DNA of 64,000 bases from the human T2T-CHM13v2.0 reference genome, Homo sapiens: NCBI RefSeq assembly GCF_009914755.1, contig NC_060933.1; one strand, given 5' to 3'. Below the pieces are notes generated by a model, which searched no databases, was not told the DNA's origin, and saw nothing but the letters and a program-made list of their open reading frames with translations. Below are positions 1-13,800 of the stretch, piece after piece (within the stretch, counting starts at the first letter, position 1; the number at the start of each line of letters is the position of its first letter). The position numbers and the translations under genes were made by a program.

Positions 1-15
1 ATTCCGGAAGATTCC
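1..15. promoter_or_regulatory. Perfect 3-unit heat-shock element aTTCcgGAAgaTTCc (representative of about 43 copies)
   Basis: Matches the HSF1 consensus nTTCnnGAAnnTTCn. Left-arm starts: 1, 1349, 2182, 4287, 5976, 7050, 7310, 14518, 14908, 19950, 20350, 23163, 23638, 24142, 24960, 26048, 28750, 29553. HSF1 binding of 9q12 SatIII is established; occupancy of these particular sites is inferred. Confidence 0.7.
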
Positions 16-252
16 ATTCCATTGCATTCCATTCCATTCCATTCCCCTGCACTCGCGTTGATTCCATTCCATTCCATTCCATTCCATTCCATTGCATTCC
101 ATTCCATTCCATTCCATTCCATTCCATTCCTTTCCGTTCCATTCCATTCCATTCCATTCCATTCCATTCCTTTCCAATCCATTCCATTCCGTTCCGTTCC
201 GTTGCATTCCATTCCATTCCATTCTATTCGGGTTAATTCCATTCCATTCCAT

Positions 253-266
253 TCGATTGCAATCGA
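253..266. repeat. Recurrent perfect 14-bp palindrome TCGATTGCAATCGA
   Basis: Self-complementary word, recurring on both arms (e.g. about 2394, 4519, 7242, 14725, 29760, 31170, 41518, 54781). Confidence 0.85.
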
Positions 267-3200
267 GTTGATTCCATTCCATTCCATTCCATTCCATTCC
301 ATTCCATTCCATTCCTTTCCATTCCATTACGGATGATTCCATTCAATTGCATTCCATTCCATTCCATTCCCCTGTACTCGGGTTGATTCCATTCCATTCC
401 ATTCCAATCCATGCCATTCCACTCGTGTTGATTCCATTCTTTCCATTCCATTCAAGTTGAATCCATTCCATTGCATTCCATTCCATTCCATTCCCCTGCA
501 GTCGGGTTGTTTCCATTCCATTCCATTCCATTCCCTTCCATTCCACAATCGTAGATTCTATTCCTTTCCATTCCACTCGAATACATTTCCTCCTATTCCA
601 CTCGGAACGATTCCATTCCATTCCATTCCATTCCATTCCATTCCATTCCATTCCATTTCGTTCCATTCCATTCTATTCCGTATCATTCCATTCCATTCCG
701 TTCCATTCCATTCCATTCCATTCCACTCGTGTTGATTCCATTCCTTTCCATTCCATTCGGTTTGAAGGCATTCCATTCCATTCCATTCCATTCCATTCCA
801 TTCCATTCCATTCCATTGTACTCGGGTTGATTCCATTCCATTGCATTCCATTCCATTCCATTCCATTCCATTCCGTTGCATTCCATTCCATTACATTCGG
901 ATTGATTCTATTCAACTCCCTTACTCTCCATTACATTCCATTCCATTCGGGTTGTTCCATTCCATTCCATTCCATTCCACTCCATTCCATTGCACTAGGG
1001 TTGATTCCATTCCATTCCATTCCATTCCATTCCAGATGATTCCATTCCATTGCATTCCGTTCCATTACTTTCCCCTGCACTCGCGTTGATTCCATTCCAT
1101 TCCATTCAATTCCATTCCATTACAATTCGTTCCATTCCATTCTATTCCGTACCATTCCATTCCATTCCATACCATTCCATTCCATTCCATTCCATTCCAT
1201 TCCACTCGTGTTGATTCCATTCCTTTCCATTCCATTCGGTTTGAAGGCATTCCATTCCATTCCATTCCATTCCATTCCATTCCATTCCATTCTATTCCAT
1301 TCCATTGCAATCGAGTTGAATCCATTGCATTTCATTCCATTCCATTCCATTCCGGAAAATTCCATACCATTGCATTCCATTCCATTCCATTCCCCTGCAC
1401 TCGCATTGATTCCATTCCATTCCATTCCATTCCATTCCATTCCATTCCGTTCCGTTCCATTCCATTCCATTCCATTCCATTCCATTCCATTCCATTCCGT
1501 TCCATTCCATTCCATTCCATTCTATTCGGGTTAATTCCATTCCATTCCATTGGATTGCAATCGAGTTGATTCCATTCCATTCCATTCCATTCCATTCCTT
1601 TCCATTCCTTTCCATTCCATTACGGATGATTCCATTCCATTGCATTCCATTCCATTCCATTCCCCTGTACTCGGGTTGATTCCATTCCATTCCATTCCAA
1701 TCCATGCCATTCCACTCGTGTTGATTCCATTCTTTCCATTCCATTCAAGTTGAATCCATTCCATTGCATTCCCTTCCATTCGATTCCATTCGACTGCACT
1801 CGGGTTGATTCCATTCCATTGCATTCCATTCCATTCTATTCCATTCCATTCCATTCCGTTCCATTCCATTCCGTTACATTCGGATTGATTCTATTCAATT
1901 CCCTTACACTTCATTACATTCCATTCCATTCGGGTAGTTTCCACTCCATTCCTTTCCATTCCTCTCCATTCCATTGCACTCGGGTTGATTCCATTCCATT
2001 GCATTCCATTCCATTCCATTCAATTCCATTCCGTTCCATTCCATTCCATTACATTCGGATTGATTCTATTCAACTCCCTTACTCTCCATTACATTCGATT
2101 CCATTCGGGTTGTTCCATTCCATTCCATTCCATTCCACTCCATTCCATTGCACTCGGGTTGATTCCATTCCATTCCATTCCATTCCGGAAGATTCCATTC
2201 CATTACATTCCATTATATTCCATTCCCCTGCACTCGCGTTGATTCCATTCCATTCCATTCCATTCCATTCCATTCCATTCCATTCCATTCCTTTCCGTTC
2301 CATTCCATTCCATTCCATTCCGTTCCGTTCCGTTCCGTTCCTTTCCATTCCATTCCATTCCATTCTATTCGGGTTAATTCCATTCCATTCCATTCGATTG
2401 CAATCGAGTTGATTCCATTCCGTTCCTTTCCTTTCCATTCCATTCCATTCTATTCGGGTTAATTCCATTCCCTTCCATTCCACTCTGGTTGATACCATTC
2501 CTTTCCATTCCACTCGAATACATTCCTTCCTATTCCACTCGGAACGATTCCATTCCATTCCATTCCATTCCATTCCATTCCATTCCATACCATTCCGTTC
2601 CGTTCCATTCCATTCCATTCCATTCCATTCCATTCCATTCCGTTCCGTTCCGTTCCGTTCCGTTCCGTTCCATTCCATTCCATTCCATTCTATTCGGGTT
2701 AATTCCAATCCATTCCATTCGATTGCAATCGAGTTGATTCCATTCCATTCCATTCCATTCCATTCCATTCCTTTCCATTCCATTACGGATGATTCCATTC
2801 CATTGCATTCCATTCCATTCCATTCCCCTGTACTCGGGTTGATTCCATTCCATTCCATTCCAATCCATGCCATTCCACTCGTGTTGATTCCATTCTTTCC
2901 ATTCCATTCAAGTTGAATCCATTCCATTGCATTCCCTTCCATTCCATTCCCCTGCAGTCGGGTTGATTCCATTCCATTCCATTCCATTCCATTCCATTCC
3001 ATTCCGTTCCGTTCCGTTCCATTCCATTCCATTCCATTCTATTCGGGTTAATTCCATTCCATTCCATTCCATTCCATTCCATTCCATTCCAATCGAGTTG
3101 ATTCCATTCCATTCCATTCCATTCCACTCCATTCCTTTCCATTCCATTCCATTCCATTGTATTCGGGTTAATTCCATTCCATTCCATTCCATTCCATTCC

Positions 3201-6200
3201 ATTCCATTCCATTACAACGGAGTTGATTCCATTCCATTCCATTCCATTCCATTCCATTCCATTCCATTCCATTCCATTCTTTCCATTCCATTCCACTCTG
3301 GTTGATTCCATTCCTTTCCATTCCACTCGAATACATTCCCTCCTATTCCACTCGGAACGATTCCATTCCATTCCATTCCATTCCATTCCATTCCATTCCA
3401 TTCCATTCCACTTCGTTCCATTCCATTCTATTCCGTATCATTCCATTCCATTCCGTTCCATTCCATTCCATTCCACTCGTGTTGATTCCATTCCTTTCCA
3501 TTCCATTCGGTTTGAAGGCATTCCATTCCATTCCATTCCATTCCATTCCATTCCATTCCATTCCATTCCATTCCATTGTACTCGGGTTGATTCCATTCCA
3601 TTGCATTCCATTCCATTCCATTCCATTCCATTCCATTCCGTTGCATTCCATTCCATTACATTCGGATTGATTCTATTCAACTCCCTTACTCTCCATTACA
3701 TTCCATTCCATTCGGGTTGTTCCATTCCATTCCATTCCATTCCACTCCATTCCATTGCACTAGGGTTGATTCCATTCCATTCCATTCCAATCCATGCCCT
3801 TCCACTCGTGTTGATTCCATTCTTTCCATTCCATTCAAGTTGAATCCATTCCATTGCATTCCATTCCATTCGATTCCATTCGATTGCACTTGGGTTGATT
3901 CCATTCCATTGCATTCCATTCCATTCTATTCCATTCCATTCCATTCCGTTCCATTCCATTCCGTTACATTCGGATTGATTCTATTCAATTCCCTTACACT
4001 TCATTACATTCCATTCCATTCGGGTAGTTTCCACTCCATTCCATTCCATTCCTCTCCATTCCATTGCACTCGGGTTGATTCCATTCCATTGCATTACATT
4101 CCATTCCATTCAATTCCATTCCGTTCCATTCCATTCCATTACATTCGGATTGATTCTCTTCAACTCCCTTAGTCTCCATTACATTCGATTCCATTCGGGT
4201 TGTTCCATTCCATTCCATTCCATTCCACTGCATTCCATTGCACTCGGGTTGATTCCATTCCATTCCATTCCATTCCATTCCATTCCATTCCGGAAGATTC
4301 CATTCCATTGCATTCCATTCCATTCCATTCCCCTGCACTCGCGTTGATTCCATTCCATTCCATTCCATTCCATTCCATTCCATTCCATTCCATTCCATTC
4401 CATTCCTTTCCGTTCCATTCCATTCCGTTCCATTCGATTCCAATCCATTCCTTTCCTTTCCGTTCCGTTCCATTCCATTCCATTCCATTCTATTCGGGTT
4501 AATTCCATTCCATTCCATTCGATTGCAATCGAGTTGATTCCATTCCATTCTATTCCATTCCATTCCATTCCTTTCCATTCCATTACGGATGATTCCACTC
4601 CATTGCATTCCATTCCATTCCATTCCCCTGTACTCGGGTTGATTCCATTCCATTTCATTCCAATCCATGCCATTCCACTCGTGTTGATTCCATTCTTTGC
4701 ATTCCATTCAAGTTGAATCCATTCCATTGCATTCCATTCCATTCCATTACCCTGCAGTCGGGTTGATTCCATTCCATTCCATTCAATTCCATTCCATTCC
4801 ATTCCATTCCATTCCGTTCCGTTCTATTCCATTCCATTCCATTCTATTCGGGTTAATTCCATTCCATTCCATTCCATTCCATTCCAATCGAGTTGATTCC
4901 ATTCCATTCCATTCCATTCCATTCCATTCCACTCCAATCCAGTCCTTTCCATTCCATTCCACTCGCGTTGATTCCAATGTATTCCTTTCCATTCCATTCC
5001 ATTCCATTGCATTCGAGTTGATTCCATTGCTTTGCATTCCATTCCATTCCATTCCATTCCGGGTGATTCCATTCGATTGCATTCCATTCCATTCCATTCC
5101 CCTGCACTCGGGTTGATTCCATTCCGTTCCACTCCATTCCGTTCCATTCCATTCCATTGCATTGTATTCGGGTTAATTCCATTCCATTCCATTCCATTCC
5201 ATTCCATTACAATCGAGTTGATTCCATTCCATTCCATTCCATTCCAGTCCTTTCCATTCCATTCCACTCGGGTTGATTCCATTCTATTAGTTTCCATTCC
5301 ATTCCATTCCCTTCCATTCCACTCTGGTTGATACCATTCCTTTGCATTCCACTCGAATACATTCCCTCCTATTCCACTCGGAACGATTCCATTCCATTCC
5401 ATTCCATTCCATTCCATTCCATTCCATTCCATTCCATTCCATTTCGTTCCATTCCATTCTATTCCGTATCATTCCATTCCATTCCATTCCATTCCATTCC
5501 ATTGTACTCGGGTTGATTCAATTCCATTGCATTCCATTCCATTCCATTCCATTCCATTCCATTACATTCCGTTGTATTCCATTCCATTACATTCGGATTG
5601 ATTCTATTCAACTCCCTTACTCTCCATTACATTCCATTGCACTCGGGTTGATTCCATTCCATTCCATTCCATTCCATTCCATTCCGGATGATTCCATTCC
5701 ATTGCATTCCGTTCCGTTACATTCCCCTGCACTCGCGTTGATTCCATTCCATTCCATTCCATTCCATTCCATTCCATTCAATTCCATTCCATTACAATTC
5801 GTTCCATTCCATTCCATTCCATACCATTCCATTCCATTCCATTCCGTTCCATTCCGTTCTATTCCATTCCATTCCATTCTATTCGGATTAATTCCATTCC
5901 ATTCCATTCCATTCCATTCTATTCCATTCCATTGCAATCGAGTTGAATCGATTGTATTTCATTCCATTCCATTCCATTCCGGAAGATTCCATTCCATTGC
6001 ATTCCATTCCATTCCATTCCCCTGCACTCCCGTTGATTCCATTCCATTCCATTCCATTCCATTCCATTCCATTCCGTTCCGTACCGTTCCATTCCATTCC
6101 ATTCCATTCCATTCCGTTCCGTTCCATTCCATTCCATTCCATTCCATTCCATTCTATTCGTGTTAATTCCATTCCATTCCATTCCATTCCATTCCATTCC

Positions 6201-7949
6201 ATTCCATTACAATCGAGTTGATTCCATTCCATTCCATTGCATTCCAGTCCTTTCCATTCCATTCCTCTCGGGTTGATTCCATTCTATTAGTTTCCATTCC
6301 ATTCCATTCCCTTCCATTCCACTCTGGTTGATTCCATTCCTTTCCATTCCACTCGAGTATATTCCCACCTATTCCACTCGGAACGATTCCATTCCATTCC
6401 ATTCCATTCCATTCCATTCCATTCCATTTCGTTCCATTCCATTCTATTCCGTATCATTCCATTCCATTCCATTCCATTCCATTCCATTCCATTCCATTCC
6501 ATTCCATTCCATTGTACTCGGGTTGATTCAATTCCATTGCATTCCATTCCATTCCATTCCATTCCATTCCGTTGCATTCCATTCCATTACATTCGGATTG
6601 ATTCTATTCAACTCCCTTACTCTCCATTACTTTCCATTCCATTCGGGTTGTTCCATTCCATTCCATTCCATTCCACTCCATTCAATTGCACTCGGGTTGA
6701 TTCCATTCCATTCCATTCCATTCCATTCCATTCCGGATGATTCCATTCCATTGCATTCCGTTCCATTACATTTCCCTGCACTCGCGTTGATTCCATTCCA
6801 TTCCATTCAATTCCATTCCATTACAATTCGTTCCATTCCATTCTATTCCGTACCATTCCATTCCATTCCATACCATTCCATTCCATTCCATTCCATTCCA
6901 TTCCGTTCCATTCCGTTCCATTCCATTCCATTCCATTCTATTCGAATTAATTCCATTCCATTCCATTCCATTCCATTCTATTCCATTCCATTGCAATCGA
7001 GTTGAATCCATTGCATATCATTCCATTCCATTCCATTCCATTCCATTCCATTCCGGAAGATTCCATTCCATTGCATTCCATTCCATTCCATTCCCCTGAA
7101 CTCGCGTTGATTCCATTCCATTCCATTCCATTCCATTCCATTCCGTTCCGTTCCGTTCCATTAAATTCCATTCCATTCCATTCCGTTCCGTTCCATTCCA
7201 TTCCATTCCATTCTATTCGGGTTAATTCCATTCCATTCCATTCGATTGCAATCGAGTTGATTCCATTCCATTCCATTCCATTCCATTCCATTCCATTCCA
7301 TTCCATTCCATTCCGGAAGATTCCATTCCATTCCATTCCATTCCGTTCCGTTCCATTCCATTCCATTCCATTCTATTCGGGTTAATTCCATTCCATTCCA
7401 TTCGATTGCAATCGAGTTGATTCCATTCCATTCCATTCCATTCCATTCCATTCCATTCCTTTCCATTCCATTACGGATGATTCCATTCCATTGCATTCCA
7501 TTCCACTCCATTCCCCTATACTCGGGTTGATTCCATTCCATTCCATTCCAATCCATGCCATTCCACTCGTGTTGATTCCATTCTTTCCATTCCATTGAAG
7601 TTGAATCCATTCCATTGCATTCCATTCCATTCGATTCCATTCGATTGCACTCGGGTTGATTCCATTCCATTGCATTCCATTCCATTCCATTCCATTCCAT
7701 TCCGTTCCATTCCATTTCATTACATTCAGATTGATTCTATTCAATTCCCTTACACTCCATTATATTCCAATCCATTCTGGTTGTCTCCATTCCATTCCAT
7801 TCCATTTCACTCCATTCCATTGCACTCGGGTTGATTCCATTCCATTCCATTCCATTGCATTCCATTCCATTCCATTCCGGATGATTCCATTCCATTGCAT
7901 TCCATTCCATTGCATTCCCCTGCACTCGGGTTGATTCCATTCCATTCCA

Positions 7950-10900
7950 TTCCATTCCTTTCCGTTCCATTCCATTCCATTCCATTCCATTCCAAAGCAT
8001 TCCATTCCGTTCCGTTCCATTCCATTCCATTCTATTCGGGTTAATTCCATTCCATTCCATTCGTTTGCAATCGAGTTGATTCCATTCCATTCCATTCCAT
8101 TCCATTCCATTCCATTCCTTTCCATTCCATTACGGATGATTCCATTCCATTGCATTCCATTCCATTCCATTCCCCTGTACTCGGGTTGATTCCATTCCAT
8201 TCCATTCCACTCCATTCGGTTCCGTTGCATTCCATTCTATTGCATTCCATTCTATTCGGGATAATTCCATTCCATTCTATTCCATTCCATTCCATTCCAT
8301 TCCATTGCAATGGAGTTGATTCCATTCCATTCCATTCCATTCCGGATTATTCCATTCCATTGCATTCCATTCCATTCCATTCCCCTGCACTCGTGTTGAT
8401 TCCATTCCCTTCCATTCCATTCCATTCCATTCCATTCCATTCTATTCCGATTAATTCCATTCCATTCCATTCCATTCCATTCCATTGCAATCGAGTTGAT
8501 TCCATTCCATTCCTTTCCATTCCATTCCATTGCCTTGCATTCCACTCGGGTTGATTCCATTCCCTTCTTTCCACTCCATTACATTCCCTTCCATTCCACT
8601 CAGAATGATTGATTCCATTCCATTCCATTCCATTTCATTCCATTGCAATCCATTCCAATCCATTCCATTCCATTCCATTCCACTCGAGTTGACATCATTC
8701 CATTCCTTTCCATTCCATTCCATTCCATGCCATTCCACTCTGGTTGATTCCATTCCTTTGCATTCCATTCCATTCCATTCCATTGCATTCCATTCCATTC
8801 CATTCCGTTGCATTCCATTCCATTACATTCGGATTGATTCTATTCAACTCCCTTACTCTCCATTACATTCCATTCCATTCGGGTTGTTCCATTCCATTCC
8901 ATTCCATTCCACTCCATTCCATTGCACTCGGGTTGATTCCATTCCATTCCATTCCATACCATTCCATTCCATTCCATTCCGGATGATTCCATTCCATTGC
9001 ATTCCGTTCCATTACATTCCCCTGCACTCGGGTTGATACCATTCCTTTCCATTCCATTCCATTCCATTCCATTCCATTCCGGATGATTCCATTCCATCGC
9101 ATTCCATTCCATTCCATTCCCCTGCACTCGGGTTGATTACATTCCATTTCCTTCCCTTCCATTCCTTTCCATTCCATTCCATTCCATTCTATTCGGGTGA
9201 ATTCCATTCCATTACATTCCATTCCATTCCATTCCATTCCATTGCAATCGAGTTGATTCCATTCCATTCAATTCCATTCCGTTCCGGATGATTCCATTCC
9301 ATTCCATTCCATTTCATTCCATTCCATTCCATTGCATTCCCCTGCAGTCGGGTTGACTCCATTCCATTCCATTCCATTCCATTCCATTCCATTCCATTCC
9401 ATTCCGTTCCGTTCAATTCCATTCCATTCCATTCTATTCGGGTTAATTCCATTCCATTCCATTCCATTCCATTCTATTCCATTGCATTCCAATCGAGTTG
9501 ATTCCATTCCATTCCATTCCATTCCATTCCACTCCATTCCAGTCCTTTCCATTCCATTACACTCGGGTTGCTTCCATTCTATTCCTTTCCACTCCATTCC
9601 ATTCCGTTGCAATCGAGTTGATTCCATTGCTTTGCATTCCATTCCATTCCATTCCATTCCGGATGATTCCATTCCATTGCATTCCATTCCATTCCATTCC
9701 CCTGCACTCGGGTTGATTCCATTCCATTCCACTCCATTCCGTTCCATTCCATTCCATTCCATTTTATTCGGGTTAATTCCATTCCATTCCATTCCATTGC
9801 ATTCCATTCCATTCCATTCCATTACAATCGAGTTGATTCCATTCCATTCCATTCCATTCCATTCCAGTCCTTTCCATTCCATTCCACTCGGCTTGATTCC
9901 ATTCTATTAGTTTCCATTCCATTCCATTCCCTTCCATTCCACTCTGGTTGATTCCATTCCTTTCCATTCCACACGAATACATTCCCTCGTATTCCACTCG
10001 GAACGATTCCATTCCATTCCATTCCATTCCATTCCATTCCATTCCATTCCAGTTCGTTCCATTCCATTCTATTCCGTACCATTCCATTCCATTCCATTCC
10101 TTTCCATTCCATTCCTTTCCACTCGTGTTGATTCCATTCCATTCCATTCCATTCCATTCCATTCCATTCCATTCCATTCCAGTTCGTTCCATTCCATTCT
10201 ATTCCGTACCATTCCATTCCATTCCATTCCTTTCCATTCCATTCCTTTCCACTCGTGTTGATTCCATTCCTTTCCATTCCATTCGGTTTGAAGGCATTCC
10301 ATTCCATTCAATTCCATTCCATTCCATTCCATTCCATTCCATTCTATTCCATTCCATTGCAATCGAGTTGAATCCATTGCCTTTCATTCCATTCCATTCC
10401 ATTCCATTCCATTCCGGATGATTCCATTCCGTTACATTCCAATCCATTCCATTCCCCTGCACTCGCGTTGATTCCATTCCATTCCATTCCATTCCATTCC
10501 GTTCCGTTCCATTCCATTCCATTCCATTCCATTCCATTCCATTCCATTCCTTTCCGTTCCATTCCATTCCATTCCATTCTATTCGGGTTAATTCCATTCC
10601 ATTCCATTCGATTGCCATCGAGTTGATTCCATTCCATTCCATTCCATTCCGTTCCATTCCATTCCATTCCATTCCATTCCTTTCCATTCCATTACGGATG
10701 ACTCCATTCCATTGCATTCCATTCCATTCCATTCCCCTGTACTCGGGATGATTCCATTCCATTCCATTCCACTCCATTCGGTTCCGTTGCATTCCATTCT
10801 ATTGCATTCCATTCTATTCGGGTTAATTCCATTCCATTCTATTCCATTCAATTCCATTCCATTCCATTGCAATGGAGTTGATTCCATTCCATTCCATTCC

Positions 10901-13800
10901 ATTCCGGATGATTCCATTCCATTGCATTCCATTCCATTCCCCTGCACTCGTGTTGATTCCATTCCCTTCCATTCCATTCCATTCCATTCCATTCTATTCG
11001 GATTAATTCCATTCCATTCCATTCCATTCCATTCCTTTCCATTCCATTGCCATCGAGTTGATTCCATTCCATTCCTTTCCATTCCATTCCATTGCCTTGC
11101 ATTCCACTCGGGTTTATTCCATTCCCTTCTTTCCACTCCATTACATTCCCTTCCATTCCACTCGGAATGATTGATTCCATTCCATTTCATTCCATTGCAA
11201 TCCATTCCAATCCATTCCATTCCATTCCATTCCACTCGAGTTGACTTCATTCCATTCCTTTCCATTCCATTCCATTCCATTCCTTTCCACTCGAGTTGAT
11301 TCCATTCCATTCCAATCCATTGCATTCCATTCCATGCCATTCCACTCAGGTTGATTCCATTCCTTTGCATTCCATTCCATTCCATTCCATTGCATTCCAT
11401 TCCATTCCATTCCGTTGCATTCCATTCCATTACATTCGGATTGATTCTAATCAACTCCCTTACTCTCCATTACATTCCATTCCATTCGGGTTGTTCCATT
11501 CCATTCCATTCCATTCCACTCCATTCCATTGCACTCGGGTTGATTCCATTGCATTCCATTCCATTCCATTCCATTCCGGATGATTCCATTCCATTGCATT
11601 CCGTTCCATTACATTCCCCTGCACTCGGGGTGATACCATTCCATTCCATTCCATTCCATTCCATTCCATTCCATTCCATTCGATTCCGGATGATTCCATT
11701 CCATGCCATTCCATTCCATTCCATTCCCCTGCACTCGGGTTGATTACATTCCATTTCCTTCCCTTCCATTCCTTTCCATTCCATTCCATTCCATTCTATT
11801 CGGGTGAATTCCTTTCCATTCCATTCCATTCCATTCCATTCCATTCCATTCCATTGCAATCGAGTTGATTCCATTCCATTCCATTCCATTCCGTTCCGGA
11901 TGATTCCATTCCATTCCATTCCATTCCATTCCCCTGCAGTCGGGTTGATTCCATTCCATTCCATTCCATTCCATTCCATTCCATTCCGTTCCGTTCAATT
12001 CCATTCCATTCCATTCTATTCGGGTTAATTCCATTCCATTCCATTCCATTCCATTCCATTCCATTCGATTCCAATCGAGTTGATTGCATTCTATTCCATT
12101 CCATTCCATTCCACTCCATTCCAGTCCTTTCCATTCCATTACACTCGGGTTGATTCCATTCTATTCCTTTCCACTCCATTCCATTCCATTGCAATCAAGT
12201 TGACTCCATTTCTTTGCATTCCATTCCATTCCATTCCATTCCGGATGATTCCATTCCATTGCATTCCATTCCATTCCATTCCCCTGCACTCGGGTTGATT
12301 CCATTCCATTCCACTCCTTTCCGTTCCATTCCATTCCATTCCATTTTATTCGGGTTAATTCCATTCCATTCCATTTCATTCCATTCCATTCCATTACAAT
12401 CGAGTTGATTCCCTTCCATTCCATTCCATTCCATTCCATTCCAGTCCTTTCCATTCCATTCCACTCAGTTTGATTCCATTCTATTAGTTTCCATTCCATT
12501 CCATTCCCTTCCATTCCACTCTGGTTGATTCCTTTCCTTTCCATTCCACTCGAATACATTCCCTCCTATTCCACTCGGAACGATTCCATTCCATTCCATT
12601 CCATTCCATTCCATTCCATTCCATTCCATTCCAGTTCGTTCCATTCCATACTATTCCGTACCATTCCATTCCATTCCATTCCTTTCCATTCCATTCCTTT
12701 CCACTCGTGTTGATTCCATTCCTTTCCATTCCATTCGGTTTGAAGGCATTCCATTCCATTCAATTCCATTCCATTCCATTCCATTCCATTCCATTCCATT
12801 CCATTCTATTCCATTCCATTGCAATCGAGTTGAATCCATTGCCTTTCATTCCATTCCATTCCATTCCATTCCATTCCATTCCGGATGATTCCATTCCATT
12901 ACATTCCATTCCATTCCATTCCCCTACACTCGCGTTGATTCCATTCCATTCCATTCCATTCCATTCCGTTCCGTTGCATTCCATTCCATTCCATTCCATT
13001 CCATTCCGTTCCGTTCCATTCCATTCCATTCCATTCTATTCGGGTTAATTCCATTCCATTCCATTCGATTGCCATCGAGTTGATTCCATTCCATTCCATT
13101 CCATTCCATTCCATTCCATTCCATTCCTTTCCATTCCATTACGGATGACTCCATTCCATTGCATTCCATTCCATTCCATTCCCCTGTACTCGGGTTGATT
13201 CCATTCCATTCCATTCCACTCCATTCGGTTCCGTTGCATTCCATTCTATTGCATTCCATTCTATTCGGGTTAATTCCATTCCATTCTATTCCATTCCATT
13301 CCATTCCATTCCATTGCAATGGAGTTGATTCCATTCCATTCCATTCCATTCCGGATGATTCCATTCCATTGCATTCCATTCCTTTCCTTTCCCCTGCACT
13401 CGTGTTCTTTCCATTCCGTTCCATTCCATTCCATTCCATTCTATTCCGGTTAATTCCATTCCATTCCATTCCATTCCATTCCATTCCATTGCAATCGAGT
13501 TGATTGCATTCCATTCCTTTCCATTCCATTCCATTGCCTTGCATTCCACTCGGGTTGATTCCATTCCCTTCTTTCCACTCCATTACATTCCCTTCCATTC
13601 CACTCGGAATGATTGATTCCATTCCATTCCATTCCATTTCATTCCATTGCAATCCATTCCAATCCATTCCATTACATTCCATTCTACTCGAGTTGACTTC
13701 ATTCCATTCCTTTCCATTCCATTCCATTCCTTTCCACTCGAGTTGATTCCATTCCATTCCAATCCATTGCATTCCATTCCATGCCATTCCACTCGGGTTG
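7950..13800 (+). repeat. Local higher-order tandem repeat, period about 2.45-2.56 kb (about 2.3 copies)
   Basis: The landmark CGGTTCCGTTGC lies at 8217, 10779 and 13226, and GAATGATTGATTCC at about 8603, 11165 and 13607, with the same word order between them. Confidence 0.8.

Noticed and set aside
253-266. C/EBP site within TCGATTGCAATCGA
   Set aside because: The core ATTGCAAT lacks the central two bases of the ATTGCGCAAT consensus, so it was kept only as a palindrome.
1775-1800. HSat2 assignment from CATTCGATTCCATTCGA
   Set aside because: This motif is one sparse word. Long pure CATTC runs and CAACCCGAGT words dominate, as expected for HSat3.
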